From positions 75,268,001-75,332,000 of the forward strand of contig OZ024743.1 in the NCBI GenBank assembly GCA_964016885.1: DNA of 64,000 bases. The letters run 5' to 3'. This document shows positions 36,045 through 49,053 of this stretch, one piece after another. Numbering within the stretch: the stretch's first letter is position 1; each line of letters starts with the position of its first letter. A model generated the notes under the pieces. That model had not been told where the DNA came from. It did not search any database and worked only from the letters and a program-made list of their open reading frames with translations. Source of the stretch: Eledone cirrhosa (lineage: Eukaryota). The translations under genes were made by a program, and so were the position numbers.

Positions 36045-36418
36045 TTCATCATCATTTTATTCTACGCTAGCATGGGTTGTCCTGTTGTGGGCAGTGTCCG
36101 GTCGGCTGACCTTGTCTTGCTCATACGGGAACTGATTCTGTTCTGAATTCTACAGCTGGATGCCCTTCCTAACACCAACCTCATTTACAGTGAGTGCTGG
36201 GTGTATTTTTTTTTTTTGCCGTGGCACCTCCATGACCACTTTGCAGTGGAATGATAGGGACCCCAGTCCTATCATCTCATTTCTACAGCTGAGTAAACTG
36301 GAGCAATGTGAAATAAAGTGTCTTGCTCAAGGAAACAACACATCACCCGGTCCGAGAATTAAACTCACAATCTTTCAATTGCAAGCCCAATGCTCTAACC
36401 ACTGAGCCATGTGCCTTC
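36045..36418 (-). mobile_element. SINE family A
   Basis: Reverse-oriented head and core matching 59068-59404. Confidence 0.8.
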
Positions 36419-37019
36419 TATTGTTGGCAATGTTAGGTCAGGTGACCATGTCTTGCTCATAAAGAACTGATTTGGGCTTGGTTTCTACAGCTGGATGCCC
36501 TTCATAATGCCAAGCTCATTTACAGTGAGTACTGGGTGTTTTTTGTTGCGATTCCTCCATGACTACTTTACAGTGTGGGCTGGGTGTTTTTTACCGTGTC
36601 ACCATCACGACCACTTTACAGTGTTTCGGCCTGTTCTCATGAAAGATATATTGGCGGGTGGGATGGAGTGGTGCATACTGTATGCATGTTTCAGCCTTGG
36701 CTTGGGCCCGTGGGAAGTTGGGGTTTCTGTATTACCTCATAACGCCAGAGATCTTGGTCCTGTGTCATTGCCTTTCAGAGGTGCAATTGGGCAAGGTCGG
36801 CTTTTATCACTTCATCTCAAGTCTTTCTGGGACTTTATGATTGATTTTAAATCATATGATATAATTTATGGAGAAAAACTCAATATTACTCAATGTAAAA
36901 TATAATGCATGAAAAATTGGAAAACATCATTTTTTGTAATATATCAAATCAAAATTGCATTATTAAATCTTATTCTTATTTTGTTTCTTGTAAATAATTT
37001 TTTTCAAAATATCAATTGA

Positions 37020-37590
37020 AAACTTTTGTGAATAGGCATCATATCTTGTCATTTACCTATGGTTTAAGTTTCATATAAATCGAAAGGGAAAAGTTTTCAG
37101 CGGGGGTTTGTACCCTCGGGGAACCCTAATAGGGGGTTTAATCACCATTAAGGTGTCTTATAGTATTGAAATTTTGTGAATAGGCATCATATCTCTTCAT
37201 TTATCTATGGTTTAAATTGCATATAAATCAAACCGAAAAAATTTTCAGCGGGGATTTTGTGCCCCCTGGTGAACCCTAATAGGGGGTTTAACCCCTATTA
37301 GGGTATTGTAATTTTATTGAAATTTGCTGAAATGATGTGAATAGGCATCATATCTTGTTGTTTACCTATGGTTTAAATTTCATATAAATCGAAGGTAAAG
37401 TTTCAGCGGCGGTTTTGTGCCCCCGATGAACCCTTTGATTAAAATGAAATATACTTATACAAGTACCCTGGGCAATGTAGTTTCAGAATATATATGGTTA
37501 TGGGGGTCTATCTCCAAAACCATAGGAGGAGTTCGTAAAATCTTGTTCAATTTATTGGCCAAACTTTTCACTATAGGGTGTTGAAATTTG
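37020..37590. repeat. Three ~150-bp tandem units followed by an (AC/AT)n microsatellite; possible HINE/DINE-like non-autonomous element
   Basis: GTGAATAGGCATCATATCT...TTTCAGCGG...GAACCCT recurs at ~37028, 37176 and 37337. Confidence 0.6.
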
Positions 37591-37601
37591 CACACACACA
37601 T

Positions 37602-37686
<85 letters not shown>

Positions 37687-37691
37687 CACAA

Positions 37692-37728
<37 letters not shown>

Positions 37729-37733
37729 CACAA

Positions 37734-37768
<35 letters not shown>

Positions 37769-37829
37769 CACAAACACACACACACATATATATATACACA
37801 AACACACACATATATATATATATACACAA

Positions 37830-37860
<31 letters not shown>

Positions 37861-38254
37861 CACAAACACACACACACATATTTATATCTTTTAGCAGAGC
37901 ATTTTAATATTGCCACTCAATGAAAACCCTTTGTTTGTTTGGAATAAATGAATCTTGAAAATTAGGAGTGCCTGTCAATGTGTATGTGTTTGTCTACTTA
38001 GCATCAATTTACTACCCTCCCTACCACCAGAAAATGTATAAATACCACCATATTACATTGACAGTCGGCTTTTCTGATGATTTCCTCCGAATGAAACAGT
38101 TCTAGTCTTGTTGAAGCCATTTCTATATTAAATATATATATATACTCTTTTAGCTGTTCCAGCCATCCGGCTGAGACCATGATTGGGTACTGCCCTTGTT
38201 GCTACACATTCTATCTCCAGCCTGTGTTGGCTGGCCATTCATGTAAGAGGGAGT

Positions 38255-38665
38255 TCGTTGCTGCTGCCCTTAGGGTACCTTCGTACCGTGATGTGGGCTC
38301 ATCCGGGATCCTGGATAACAGGGTGTCGAGAATTTTCTTTGAAAATATCCACGGCCACACCATGTAGATCTCTCAAATCCCTCGGCAGTTTGTTGAAGAG
38401 TTGAGGGCCTTTGAACCCCAGTCTATTGCAATATCTGCTTCTTGTACTAGATGTGGAAGACGGGACCTTTGTCACCACACAGTGACGTCCTGTTCGGAGG
38501 GTTGGTTCCGCTCTCAATACCAAAGTTTGGTGCTAGTCCTTCCAGGATTTTCTATATGTATATGCTTGCGTATCTCTCCCGTCTTCGTTCCAAGGAGTAG
38601 AGTTTCAGTTCTTTTAGCCTCTCCCAGTAACTCATCTCCTTCAAATGGCCTTCATAGTATTAACA
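38255..38665 (-). mobile_element. CR1-clade LINE 3' end, same family as 35645-35978, opposite orientation
   Basis: TGRHCVVTKVPSSTSSTRSRYCNRLGFKGPQLFNKLPRDLRDLHGVAVDIFK. Confidence 0.8.
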
Positions 38666-38823
38666 TAGTCTCCCGGTCTCTTATATAGAAAACCTCAAAT
38701 AAAAAGTCAAGATTTATTTCAATTTAACAGAGCAGAAAGAATTCGCGTCAGAATATTCCAACCAATCCAGCCTATATCAGCTGAATAAATATGTATATGG
38801 AGATATATATACACACCCACATG

Positions 38824-38877
<54 letters not shown>

Positions 38878-39824
38878 CACACATACATGCATACATGATG
38901 GCTGCCCGAGTATGGCCATTGCACGATATACCATTATTAATAATTATTAATTAATTCTATCATGCAATGCCTGTGCATGAAAATATTTTTTTAAATGAGG
39001 AAAGTCTGTGCACTGAGCCAATCCCACTCTCTGAGCGACCATAGCTATAACCCGAAAAGAAGAAAATATCAACATCATCGGTAACTACTGAGCCGCAGGT
39101 TTTATATCGGAGTTATCCCAGTTTCCCGAGTTGCCTTCTCCTAGAAGAATGCCCTGACAAAGGCTAGGGGTCCTTCTCTCCCAGTGGTTTAACCGCGCGA
39201 TCGGGTGTCCAGTCCAATTATTTCTATGTCCCCGCACATGTACATACACATGCACCCATGTATATACACATATACATATACATACATATGTACATGTGTA
39301 TATACATATTTACACACTTTTGGATAGCCATTGACTCTTATGAGATCTTCCGCCCTTTGTCAGGTTTTGTTTTTTGTCCTGCAGGGTGTCCAAAATCACC
39401 CTCCTCACCAAGTAAACTTGGTGGGGTTGCCGGTTTAGTCGCCGATGACCCGACCATGCGACAGGTTGTACTGGGTTACATGTTACCAATAGCAGTCAAG
39501 AGTGACCCGACATACATCCATCCATACATACATACTACATAATGCTGCAAACTCGTGTTCAAGTATTGCCATCGCCAGATAAAATGTTCAAAAATGTGAA
39601 GCACAAATGTGACTCTTTAAACCAGCCAAACTTTAGGCTCCCCCGAAACTTTCCATTGCTTTGTTCTGCCTGTATGTTCACATGTATCTTTTAAGACCTC
39701 CCATGCTTGTACATTTCTTACACCTTTTCAGATCATAATCTACATGAGGTCTACTGATATGACTTTGTTCATGTCTAATTAAACCAGCTTTGCTCAGGCT
39801 GACTAAGACCACAGTGCTGGCAAA

Positions 39825-40943
39825 CTAGATGATGTTCAACAGCAGGCAGTTCAGAACAGTCTCAATCCTCACCTTCCTTTTCAGTGTTAGGTGTTCTCTC
39901 CGACGAGTTTCAAAGTGTTCACCACCTGACTTGATCAAACGTCTCCACTTCACACGCTCGTCAGCCATTTTCTCCCATTCGTCAGATGAAATTCCAGCAC
40001 AAGCCAAGGTGCCTCTGATACAGTCCCGGTACCACCTTTTTGGTTTATGTGGTGGTCGCCTTCCTTCACACAGTTCTCCATAGAGAAGTTGCTTTGGAAT
40101 ACGATCATCAGACATCCGGACCACGTGACTGCACCACCTCAACCGATACCGAAAGATTATGCTCTCTATAGTCACGCACCTGCTCCGTTCTAGAACTTCC
40201 AAATCACTGGCGAACATTTTCCACCACACCTCAAGTAACTTATGAAGAGATTGTTGGTGAAATCTCTCCAGATCCTTGAGGTGCTTTCTGTATATGACCC
40301 ACGTTTCACATACATAAAGTAAAGAGGAGACAACACAAGTCAGATACACTTTCACCTTGGTTTTGATAGTAATACCTCGTCTGGACCATAAACGTTGATG
40401 CAGCCGTCCAAAAGCATCACTGGCTTTCTTGATTCTTAAGGATATTTCATTATCATGTGTGCATGAAGTGTTCAACGTACTACCAAGATAAACAAACTTG
40501 TCAGCAACTTTTAGCCTCTTTCCGTACATGTACACACTTGGTGCAGTGTACTCGTTTTCAGGTACTGGCTGATACATCACAACAGTCTTTTCCAAGCTTA
40601 TTGTGATGCCCAAAGTGCTGCAAGCTGCAGAAAAAGAGTTCATAATATGCTGCATGTCACTTTGTGAGTGTGCAAAAAGATCGCAGTCGTCTGCATACAA
40701 AAACTCTCGGATTATAGATGTTAATACCTTTGTGCTTGTACCAAAGCGCCTGGTGTTGAACAACCTTCCTGAAGTGCGATACCTGATGTAAACCCCATGA
40801 GAACAATATTTGAATGCCATGAGAAACACTATCGTAAAATATAAGGAAAACCGAGTTGGAACCGGAATGTCCCCCTGCTTCACTCTATTTTCAACTGATA
40901 TTGGTTCAGAGATGCTACCACCAATACTGATCAAAGCCTTCAT
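39825..40943 (-). pseudogene. RTE LINE reverse transcriptase (C-terminal part)
   Basis: 372-aa ORF with VKQGD, LYADD and YLGS motifs; upstream part disrupted. Confidence 0.88.
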
Positions 40944-41059
40944 ATCATCATGGAAAATATGTAGAATCTTCTACCCTACCTTGGATTTTTTTCCTACAAC
41001 GCAGTTCGATTGACAGTGTCAAAGGCCTTTGTCAAGTCAACAAAGACCTGGTAAAGGTC

Positions 41060-41515
41060 TGTGGTAAAATGATGCATCCTAGTTGGATTGTTTATCGACA
41101 TAGACGTGAGGGAAGGTCCCTCGTCTATTTACCATTTTTGTAAGTGAGAATTATAACAAGTGAGTGGGTGTGTGCGTAAACAAGACAATAACCACAACGA
41201 GAGTTATATTTAACAATGTAAATAATGGTGATGTTTATTTTGTTTATATGTGTTTATTATATTACAAATGAAACATACCAAATATATACGTGATCCAGTT
41301 GTTGTGATGGGAGCGTATTACAATTACAAAGGTATTGCTGTGTTTGCTGTTCCCAAGGGCTGTTTGTCATTTCGTGGTACAGAGGCTTTTTTCTGTGGCG
41401 TGTATACCGTCTGCTTTCCTGTGGCTGTCTCTGTTTACGTCTGGTGTTCTCAACCAGAGGGCGACAACTAGGCCTGTTCCATTATCCGCCAGGAGGCGTG
41501 AGGCGTCTTACTCCA
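41060..41515 (-). repeat. 3' LTR of Gypsy element 2
   Basis: Direct repeat of 46311-46767. Confidence 0.94.
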
Positions 41516-41732
41516 GTACCCCCTGCCAGATTTTCAAATCATCGAAAATCGATGTTATTACTCACACGTGGAGTAAGATGCCGAACAATGCAACAAGGGG
41601 GAGCTATTCGCTCTACCAATCATTAAATCCAAAATAAGGATTTGAAAAATGTTAAAAAAAACAACATGCATGAAAAACAAGGCAAAGAAAAAGCAGAAAC
41701 ACAGAGGCAAAAAAAGGTGCAGCTAACATAGT

Positions 41733-44700
41733 CTAAAAATAGACGGTGCTGCAAAATATTTTGGGCCAGTGGACCCTACGACCTGAACGGGTCGTGGTCT
41801 TGTAACGTGGCGATGGTGGTGGTGTAGGGACAGGCGATGATGGTGGTTCAGGAACAGGCGTTCGCTCAACAGGCAAATACAAAGGGGTTCGTGGATCAGG
41901 AACCACAGCGTCCGTGTCAAGGTGTGCCTGCTTAAGCCTGTCTATTGTAACTGTCTCCCTGGACCCTTTAATATCTAAAGTGAAATGCTTAGCCGAGCGC
42001 GCTAAGACACGGTAAGGTCCAGTGTAAGGCTGTGTGAGCGGGGGCTTCACAGAATCTTTCCTTACAAAGACATGCGTCCACGAGGCAACATCCCTTGGGA
42101 CAGCAGTCTTGACAGTTTGTTTCCTAGTGTCCATTGGCGGCAAATCCTGGAAATAGGAGTGCAAACGGGACACGTAGGAAGCGTGATCTTGGGCATTAAG
42201 ATCGATAGGGGCAAGCATTTGCCCGGGCAACATCAGAGGGGCACCGTACAGTACTTTGGCCGGTGAAAATCCAAAGTCGACCTTCACCGTTGACCGAATC
42301 CCTAGTAGCACAATAGGGAGGTACTCGCCCAATGCGCCGAGTCCATTGAGACCATTAAGGAGGCCTTCAGTTGTCGGTGAAAACGCTCTACGATACCATT
42401 CGAAGCGGGATGGTACGCTGTAGTTCAGATGCGTTTAGCACCAATTAATTTTGACAGTTCGAGGAAAAGGCTCGACTCGAACTGTCGTCCACGGTCGGTA
42501 GTTATTGTGGATGGAACTCCATAACGAGAGATTCATCCAGACACAAGAGCACACGCTGTTGTCTCAGCGGTGATGTTTTTCAAGGGGATGGCTTCAGGCC
42601 ATCTCGAAAAACGGTCAATTATGGTCAGCAGATAAGAATAACCATCGCTGACAGGCCAAGGTCCCACTATATCAATATGAATGTGCGAAAAACGCGCATC
42701 TGGGTTAGTAAAGATACTCAGGGGAGCCTTGACGTGTCGATGGACCTTTGATTTCTGGCAAGCGACGCAGGAACGGCACCAAGCAGCAATTTCACGCCTC
42801 ATATTTGGCCAGAAAAATCTAGCTGATATGAGCTTTGCTGTGGCAGAAGATCCTGGATGCGAGAAACCATGTAATGCCAGAAACACGGTCTGATGATGAT
42901 TCTCTGGAACGAAGGGCCTAGGCACCTCCAAAGAGACGTCGCAGAGAATTTGGCCAACTGCAGTCGACAGAGGCAAGTATTTCATCTCGCAATTCGCAAA
43001 CTCGGGCGATGTAACATCCAATGACTCAAGGGGAGGCTGATCCGCAGCCAAACAAGTCAGATCTATGTCAGAGGGTGACGAGATCGCTGTCACGGGTAAG
43101 CGGGACAAAGCATCGGCCACTGTATTCAGTGAACCCGGAATGTGTTGGATATCATTCGTATATTGCGAGATGAAATCAAGGTGTCTCATCTCTCTGGGCG
43201 AGAATTTATCAGCCTTCGCTCTCAACGCAAAAGTCAATGGTTTATGGTCAGTGAGGATAGTAAATAGTCTACCCTCTAGCATATGTGAAAATTGTTTCAT
43301 GGCCAAATAGATGGCTAAAAGCTCCCTTCCAAAGGTGCTGTAGCGCGTCTCAGCAGGTTTCATCTTTCTGGAAAAGAACTCCAGCGGTTGCTGGTAACCA
43401 TTGGTGTTTTGCTGTAGCACTGCGCCCACAGCGATATTCGATGCATCAACACAAAGCGTTAGCTTTGCACCGGGTACCGGGTGAGCCAGTAAAGAGGCAT
43501 TAGCCAAAGCAGTTTTGGCGTGCTGAAAATCAGCAAGTTGAGCCTCGGTCAAAGAAATGTCTTTGTTCTTCTTCCGACAATTTTTTAAAATCTCCGTCAG
43601 GGAGAAAAGCAATCTTGCACAATTTGGCACGAAACGCCTATAAAAGTTAATCAGGCCTAAGAACTGGCGTAACTGACGTAGTGAGGTCGGTGGAGGCAAA
43701 TCCTCTATGACCTTAACTCGCTCAAGCCGGGGTCGAATACCGTCAGCATCGATGACGTGACCCAAGAAAGTCAGTGACTCAGCACCAAAAACACATTTGG
43801 GTGCATTAATCTGCACAATCGGCAGAAAAGAAGATTCAAATGGTGCGTATGTTGCTCTTGAGAAGAACTAGCAATGAGCAGGTCGTCAATATAGGTATAG
43901 ACGAAATCGAGGCCACGAGTAACCTCATCCATAAACCGCTGAAACGTACTAGCGGCATTCCTTAATCCGAACGGCATGGTCAAAAACTCAAATGACCCAA
44001 ATGGCGTAACTATAGCCGTTTTTGGAATGTCATTTTTATGGACAGGAATTTGATGGTACACACGAATTAAATCCAGTTTGGAGAATATCTTGCATCCCTG
44101 CAACGAAGACGCAAAGTCTTGCAGATGAGGGATAGGATAACGGTCCGGTTCCGTTATCGAATTTAAGCGTCGATAATCTCCAGTAGGTCTCCAATCGCCA
44201 GTCGCTTTCGGTACCATGTGTAATGGGGACGCCCACGGGCTCGTGGACGGACGAATAATCCCCAACTGCAGCATATGATCAAACTCTGATCGTGCTGCTT
44301 TGAGTTTGTCCAGAGGCAAGCGACGAGGACGAGAAAAAACGGGAGCACCAGTTGTAGATATGAAGTGCTCCGTGGTATGAGTTGGCTCATCAACTCAAAA
44401 ATTTCCCTGAGTCAGTTGCAGGAATGAGTTCAACAACGCATGGTAAGTATCACCGGTGTTAGCAAGAAAAAAGGTCGGGCTAACCGTTGGAACTCCTGCT
44501 GCCTTGCCAACAACAGCTAAACCAGTGATGCCATCAATTAGGCGTTTACGACGGAGGTCCACCGTCAATGAAAAATGGTGGAGAAAATCCGCGCCTAGAA
44601 TCGGATACGGCCAGGCAGCGACAGTAAATATCCATTTAAATTCACACCGCAGATTACGGAACTGCAAAGGTAGCGAGATTTGTCTGAAGTTTCGAATCGG

Positions 44701-44913
44701 CGAACAATTTACTGCCTGCAACTCAATAGGTGTCTCAGGGGGAGTTTCCTTCATACAACATACAGGCCATATTGAACAAACTGCACCTGTGTCAACCAGA
44801 AAGGCTCTACCTGATAGCAGGTCCTCAATGAAAAAGTGGCGGTTGGATGATGTTTCGCAGAGCGCACTATCCGCCGTTAGTGACTCTGGTCGTCGTTTCC
44901 CTTGTAAGCACAA
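41733..44913 (-). pseudogene. Gypsy pol (protease, RT, RNase H, integrase) with frameshifts and stops
   Basis: FLVDTGA; [30 protein letters not shown]; DAS, ELLAI, TDHKPL, ADALSR; HIDIVGP, PYTGPY. Confidence 0.93.
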
Positions 44914-45053
44914 GGAGGCCTAAAACGGGCGGCTTTATCACCATATTTGTCATGGCAATAACAATATGTTTGATTTGATGTTTTGGAAAGGCTACGGTGG
45001 CGAGGAGTTGAATATGTTCATGAGCGGCTCCTCTGCCGTCCAAAAGACCTGAA

Positions 45054-45653
45054 TTATTGGCACAACTCCGCCATTTGACGAGTCATGGCTTCCATTGTTT
45101 TGACTAATTTCTCATCACTCGCTGATGAGCGTGATTGAGGAAGAGAAGAGGAAGCAACGTACTTTGGCTTCGAAGTGTCTCTCTTCGTCACTTCTACAAT
45201 TTTGTCAGCAGAGACAGCAATGTGGTCGAGGGTATTTACTTCTAGCATATGGGCTAGGATCGCCTGTACCTCTTGAGGTAGGCGAGAGAAGAACAATTGC
45301 TTCAGGAAAGGGCTATCCTGATCTTGGGAATCGCCCAATTCCCGCAAATGCCGGAGAAAAGCGGTAGGGGTCCTGTCACCTAATCGTTCATCCTCAATCA
45401 ATGACCGAAAACGACTCTCTACCGACTTACAGTTCCTTCTCAAGATCTCGCCTTTTAAAGACTCATACGTTAAGTCAGAGGGGGGGTCTGTAATTAGGTC
45501 TTGGACCGAATCTGCTAAATTAGAGGGAAGTCCGCTCATCAAGACAGCGAGGCGCTGGTCAGACTCGGTCTTACAGACCGTAAAATACGCCTGTAGCTGG
45601 GCAAACCACAGCTTAGGGTTTCCAGTAAAGGCGGGCAAATGTGGCGCATTCAT
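45054..45653 (-). pseudogene. Gypsy gag
   Basis: MNAPHLPAFTGNPKLWFAQL..F...PP....YESLK...LGDRTP..FLRHLREL...LFFSRLP..VQAIL. Confidence 0.85.
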
Positions 45654-46310
45654 TGTGGAACGTTTAAAATTTAAAAAAATATATATATATAAACAGCAAT
45701 TAATGTTCCCTCGTACAGGGAAAAGCAAACACCCAAAATGGAAAAAAAATGAAAGGTCAAAAAGAAACAGACATTCAAAACATTAGGAAATAGGAAAAAT
45801 ACATAAAATACATATATATATTTCTTTAAAAAATTTTTCCTTCAACGTCTGTCCCCTTGTGTTGCTTCAACGGGCAGGCCAAATCAAATAACCCGTGAAA
45901 AAGAGAAAAAAAAAAAAAAATGTTTGTCTTAGAATATATCCACGTTGGATATCAACAATAGGTAGCCTGTGGCTAAAAATCCCTTAGGAAAAAAGTAAGG
46001 CATGTATATCCCCTGCGGGGCAGTAATGTTCACAAAAAAGTTTTTTCCCCTTGATCAAATATGGAACACACACGTAATTCAAAATGTCCCTGTCCTGGCG
46101 GAAAATTACAAAACGGGGAAGGAAAGCAACGCCATCTTTGAAAAAATGTTTGGCTGGTTTGTATACATTGTCAATACTGTATAAACACTTTATTATATCT
46201 CTGTCTTTTTTTTGTATTTTCGTAAGTTGCGAAAAGGTTGGCAACGTGGTAATAACAGTGAAGTTCAACTGAATAAAAAGGCTGCGTAAAATTCTTACGT
46301 CGGTCACCAG

Positions 46311-46767
46311 TGTGGTAAAATGAAGGTATCCTAGTTGGATTGTTTATCGACATAGACGTGAGGGAAGGTCCCTCGTCTATTTACCATTTTTGTAAGTGAG
46401 AATTATAACAAGTGAGTGGGTGTGTGCGTAAACAAGACAATAACCACAACGAGAGTTATATTTAACAATGTAAATAATGGTGATGTTTATTTTGTTTATA
46501 TGTGTTTATTATATTACAAATGAAACATACCAAATATATACGTGATCCAGTTGTTGTGATGGGAGCGTATTACAATTACAAAGGTATTGTGGTGTTTGCT
46601 GTTCCCGAGGGCTGCTTGTCGTTTTGTGGTACAGAGGCTGTTTTCTGTGGCGTGTATACCGTCTGCTTTCCCGTGGCTGTCTCTGTTTACCTCGGGTGTT
46701 CTCAACCAGGGGGAGACAACTAGGCCTGTTCCATTATCCGCCAGGAGGCGTGATGCGTCTTACTACA
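46311..46767 (-). repeat. 5' LTR of Gypsy element 2
   Basis: TGTAGTAAG...ACCACA on the minus strand, adjacent to the PBS. Confidence 0.94.
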
Positions 46768-48369
46768 GGTCCATACATTGTTCGATACACTTTTCTTGCA
46801 GCTGCCAAGCAGAAACGATCATATCCACTGTTCCTCTTTCGTTTCTGAACCCACACTGCGACTCAGGCAACACATTCAGAGCAACTCTTGGGATCAATCT
46901 ATCCATCAATATTCGACACGACTTTACCAACTACTGAAAGAAGGGATATGACATGATAATTGCCACATTTGTCCTTTCCTTTATGGAGAATCACCATGAG
47001 TGCATCCTTCTTGTGGGACATTCTCATCTTCCCACACCATTTTCATGAGGTCAGTCAGGCGCTGCGTGAAGTTTTCATCACCACACTTCAAAACCACTCC
47101 ACTCAGACCATCCATACCAGGAGACTTACCACAGTTCAGCTTATGCACAACAGAAGTCCCCTCTGCAAGAGAAGATACATTAGCCATCTCATATGCTTCA
47201 CTGGTTCAATAGGAATGGAACAAATGAAATCATCATCAACCTGGTTTAAGAGCTCATCAAAATGATCTCTCTATCTGTCGAGTGTCTTTTGGGTCACGCA
47301 GTAATTGCTTGCCATCTTTCGATCTCAAAGGGCCATACACCTCTGTGAGTAGAAAGTGCGGCAGTTTCACATTGTTGCCGTCAGATGCCACTTGAACTTC
47401 ATCTTCTTTGTTGCTCCACCAGGTATTTTGCATAGCCCTGAGTTTCACCTGCACTTCCTTCTTTACCTGTCTGTAACGCTCATAATTGTCACCAACAGAG
47501 CTACCACCTTTAAGAACTGCATCAAGTGCCTTTTGTTTTCTGTCTAGCAGAGCCTTGACCTCCTGGTCATTCTCATCAAACCAGTCCTTGTTTTCTTGTG
47601 ACAAAGCCAAGGACCTCTGCTGAAGCCTCATAGACCGAGCTCCTGAAGTCCTTCCAGTTGTTCTCATACACGCATACATACTTACATATATACATGTATA
47701 CATACATCCATCCATCCATACATACATGTATACACACATACATACATCCATCCATCCATACGTGTATACATACATACATACAATGGTTAAAGTGTTTGAC
47801 TGACGACCATAAGTTCATGGGTTCATATTTGGGACCGGGTAGTTATTGAATCAACCTGATATCAATGTTTATTATACAGCACACTTCCTCTTTGGTATAA
47901 TATGACACATAGTAATATCTAACATAGTACCCATCTAATCTGTTATAATATGATTTACCTTTCCTATGTGAAGGCACATGCCTTATGGGTTACGGTACTG
48001 GACTAACCATTATAAAGGCATGGGCTCGTTTCTTCGATCCTGCAGCATGTTGCGTCCTTCAGTAAAATACTTTAGTTCGTGTAGCATCTTCTACCAGGAC
48101 TTGTGGCAGACAGATAATATCAGTAATGGAAAAAACCTTGTTTCATTAGTATGACCTGGAAATCAGTTCCACTCTATTTATTGTATTTATTAAAGGCAAT
48201 CAAATTATTTTTTATTTTATTATTTTTTTTATTTTGTCATGTTTGTTAAATAAATTCCAAAAAATCGAACTAAATTGAAATTTTGTAATAAAATTTCCAT
48301 AAAAGTTAATGTTTACAATACAATAAAATGTAATAAAGTCGACGAAATGTGGACCTTCATTTTTGAAAG

Positions 48370-48632
48370 ATGGATAATGCTATAAGCAGACCTTACAATA
48401 TTGTACCACAATTTTCCTTTGTGCAAAAGCAGGCAGCCGAATTTAGGAAAGGATAGGGGATTCTTGAAGATGACCCAATGTCTGGACGTCCTACAACTGC
48501 CACTACCGAGGAAAACATTGATCTTAGTACTGCAACACCGATGGAAGAAGTATGTGGAACGCAAGGGAGACTATGTTGAAAAATAAACCTCATTTGGTCA
48601 TATTCTATGAGAGTATCTTTGTCAACCCTCGT
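48370..48632 (+). mobile_element. Internally deleted mariner relic
   Basis: VQK.AAEFR.G...LEDDP.SGRPTTATTEENID joined to the C-terminal LQHRWKKYVERKGDYVEK*. Confidence 0.72.
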
Positions 48633-48668
48633 ATCTATGCACAATATACGTAAAGATACAGAATTGCG

Positions 48669-49053
48669 GGCACTACAACGCTATTAGCTGTCATATTTGT
48701 TGGTGAAAAAAATTTGATTATAAAACTTAAATTTGTGAATGATAACCATGACTTGTTTTCTAATTAACTTAAATTTGTTTTCTAATTTGGCCCTTTTAAG
48801 GGCCACCTATATTTTCATTTAAGTAACTCCACTTACATCGATATGCTTTATAACCAAGACTTGTTTTCTATTTGTTGTCTAATTTGGTCCTTTTAAGTCT
48901 TCTCTCTCTCTCTCTTCCCTATTTCTCTCAAAAAAAAAAACGCGTGAAAACTCCACTTACGCGTGGTAGTAATACGGAAATAAACGATGTTGACGAATGA
49001 CGTCACCTTCGCCTGTTTTCCACTGGACTGACAGCTAATAGCGTTGTAGTGCC
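48669..49053. mobile_element. 385-bp MITE with perfect 25-bp TIRs, carrying a histone-type stem-loop
   Basis: GGCACTACAACGCTATTAGCTGTCA (48669) / TGACAGCTAATAGCGTTGTAGTGCC (49053); GGCCCT-TTTA-AGGGCC-ACC at 48789-48807. No clear TSD. Confidence 0.8.

Larger units (their letters stand above)
41060..46767 (-). mobile_element. Full-length but disrupted Ty3/Gypsy LTR retrotransposon (CsRn1-like clade)
   Basis: LTRs 46311-46767 and 41060-41515, 4-bp TSD GGTC, PBS TGGTGACCGACGT (tRNA-Trp), PPT TCTGGCAGGGGGTAC, gag-PR-RT-RH-IN order. Confidence 0.96.
39540..47665 (-). mobile_element. RTE-clade (BovB-like) LINE, 5' truncated, split by Gypsy element 2
   Basis: 47660-46772: DWFDEND, GKSPGMDG, LPESQCGFR..RGTVDMI...QLQEKC. 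Continues at 41059: DLYQVFVDLTKAFDTV, VKQGD, LYADD, FVYLGS, RLRWCSHVVRM.D.RIPKQLLYGEL. Confidence 0.92.

Noticed and set aside
38065-38110. CTGATGA...GAAAC hammerhead-like motif (similar long-stem candidate at 9165-9285, minus strand)
   Set aside because: Stems I and III do not pair convincingly.
48700-48810. Histone gene upstream of the stem-loop
   Set aside because: The upstream sequence is AT-rich and non-coding, with no histone-fold ORF on either copy.
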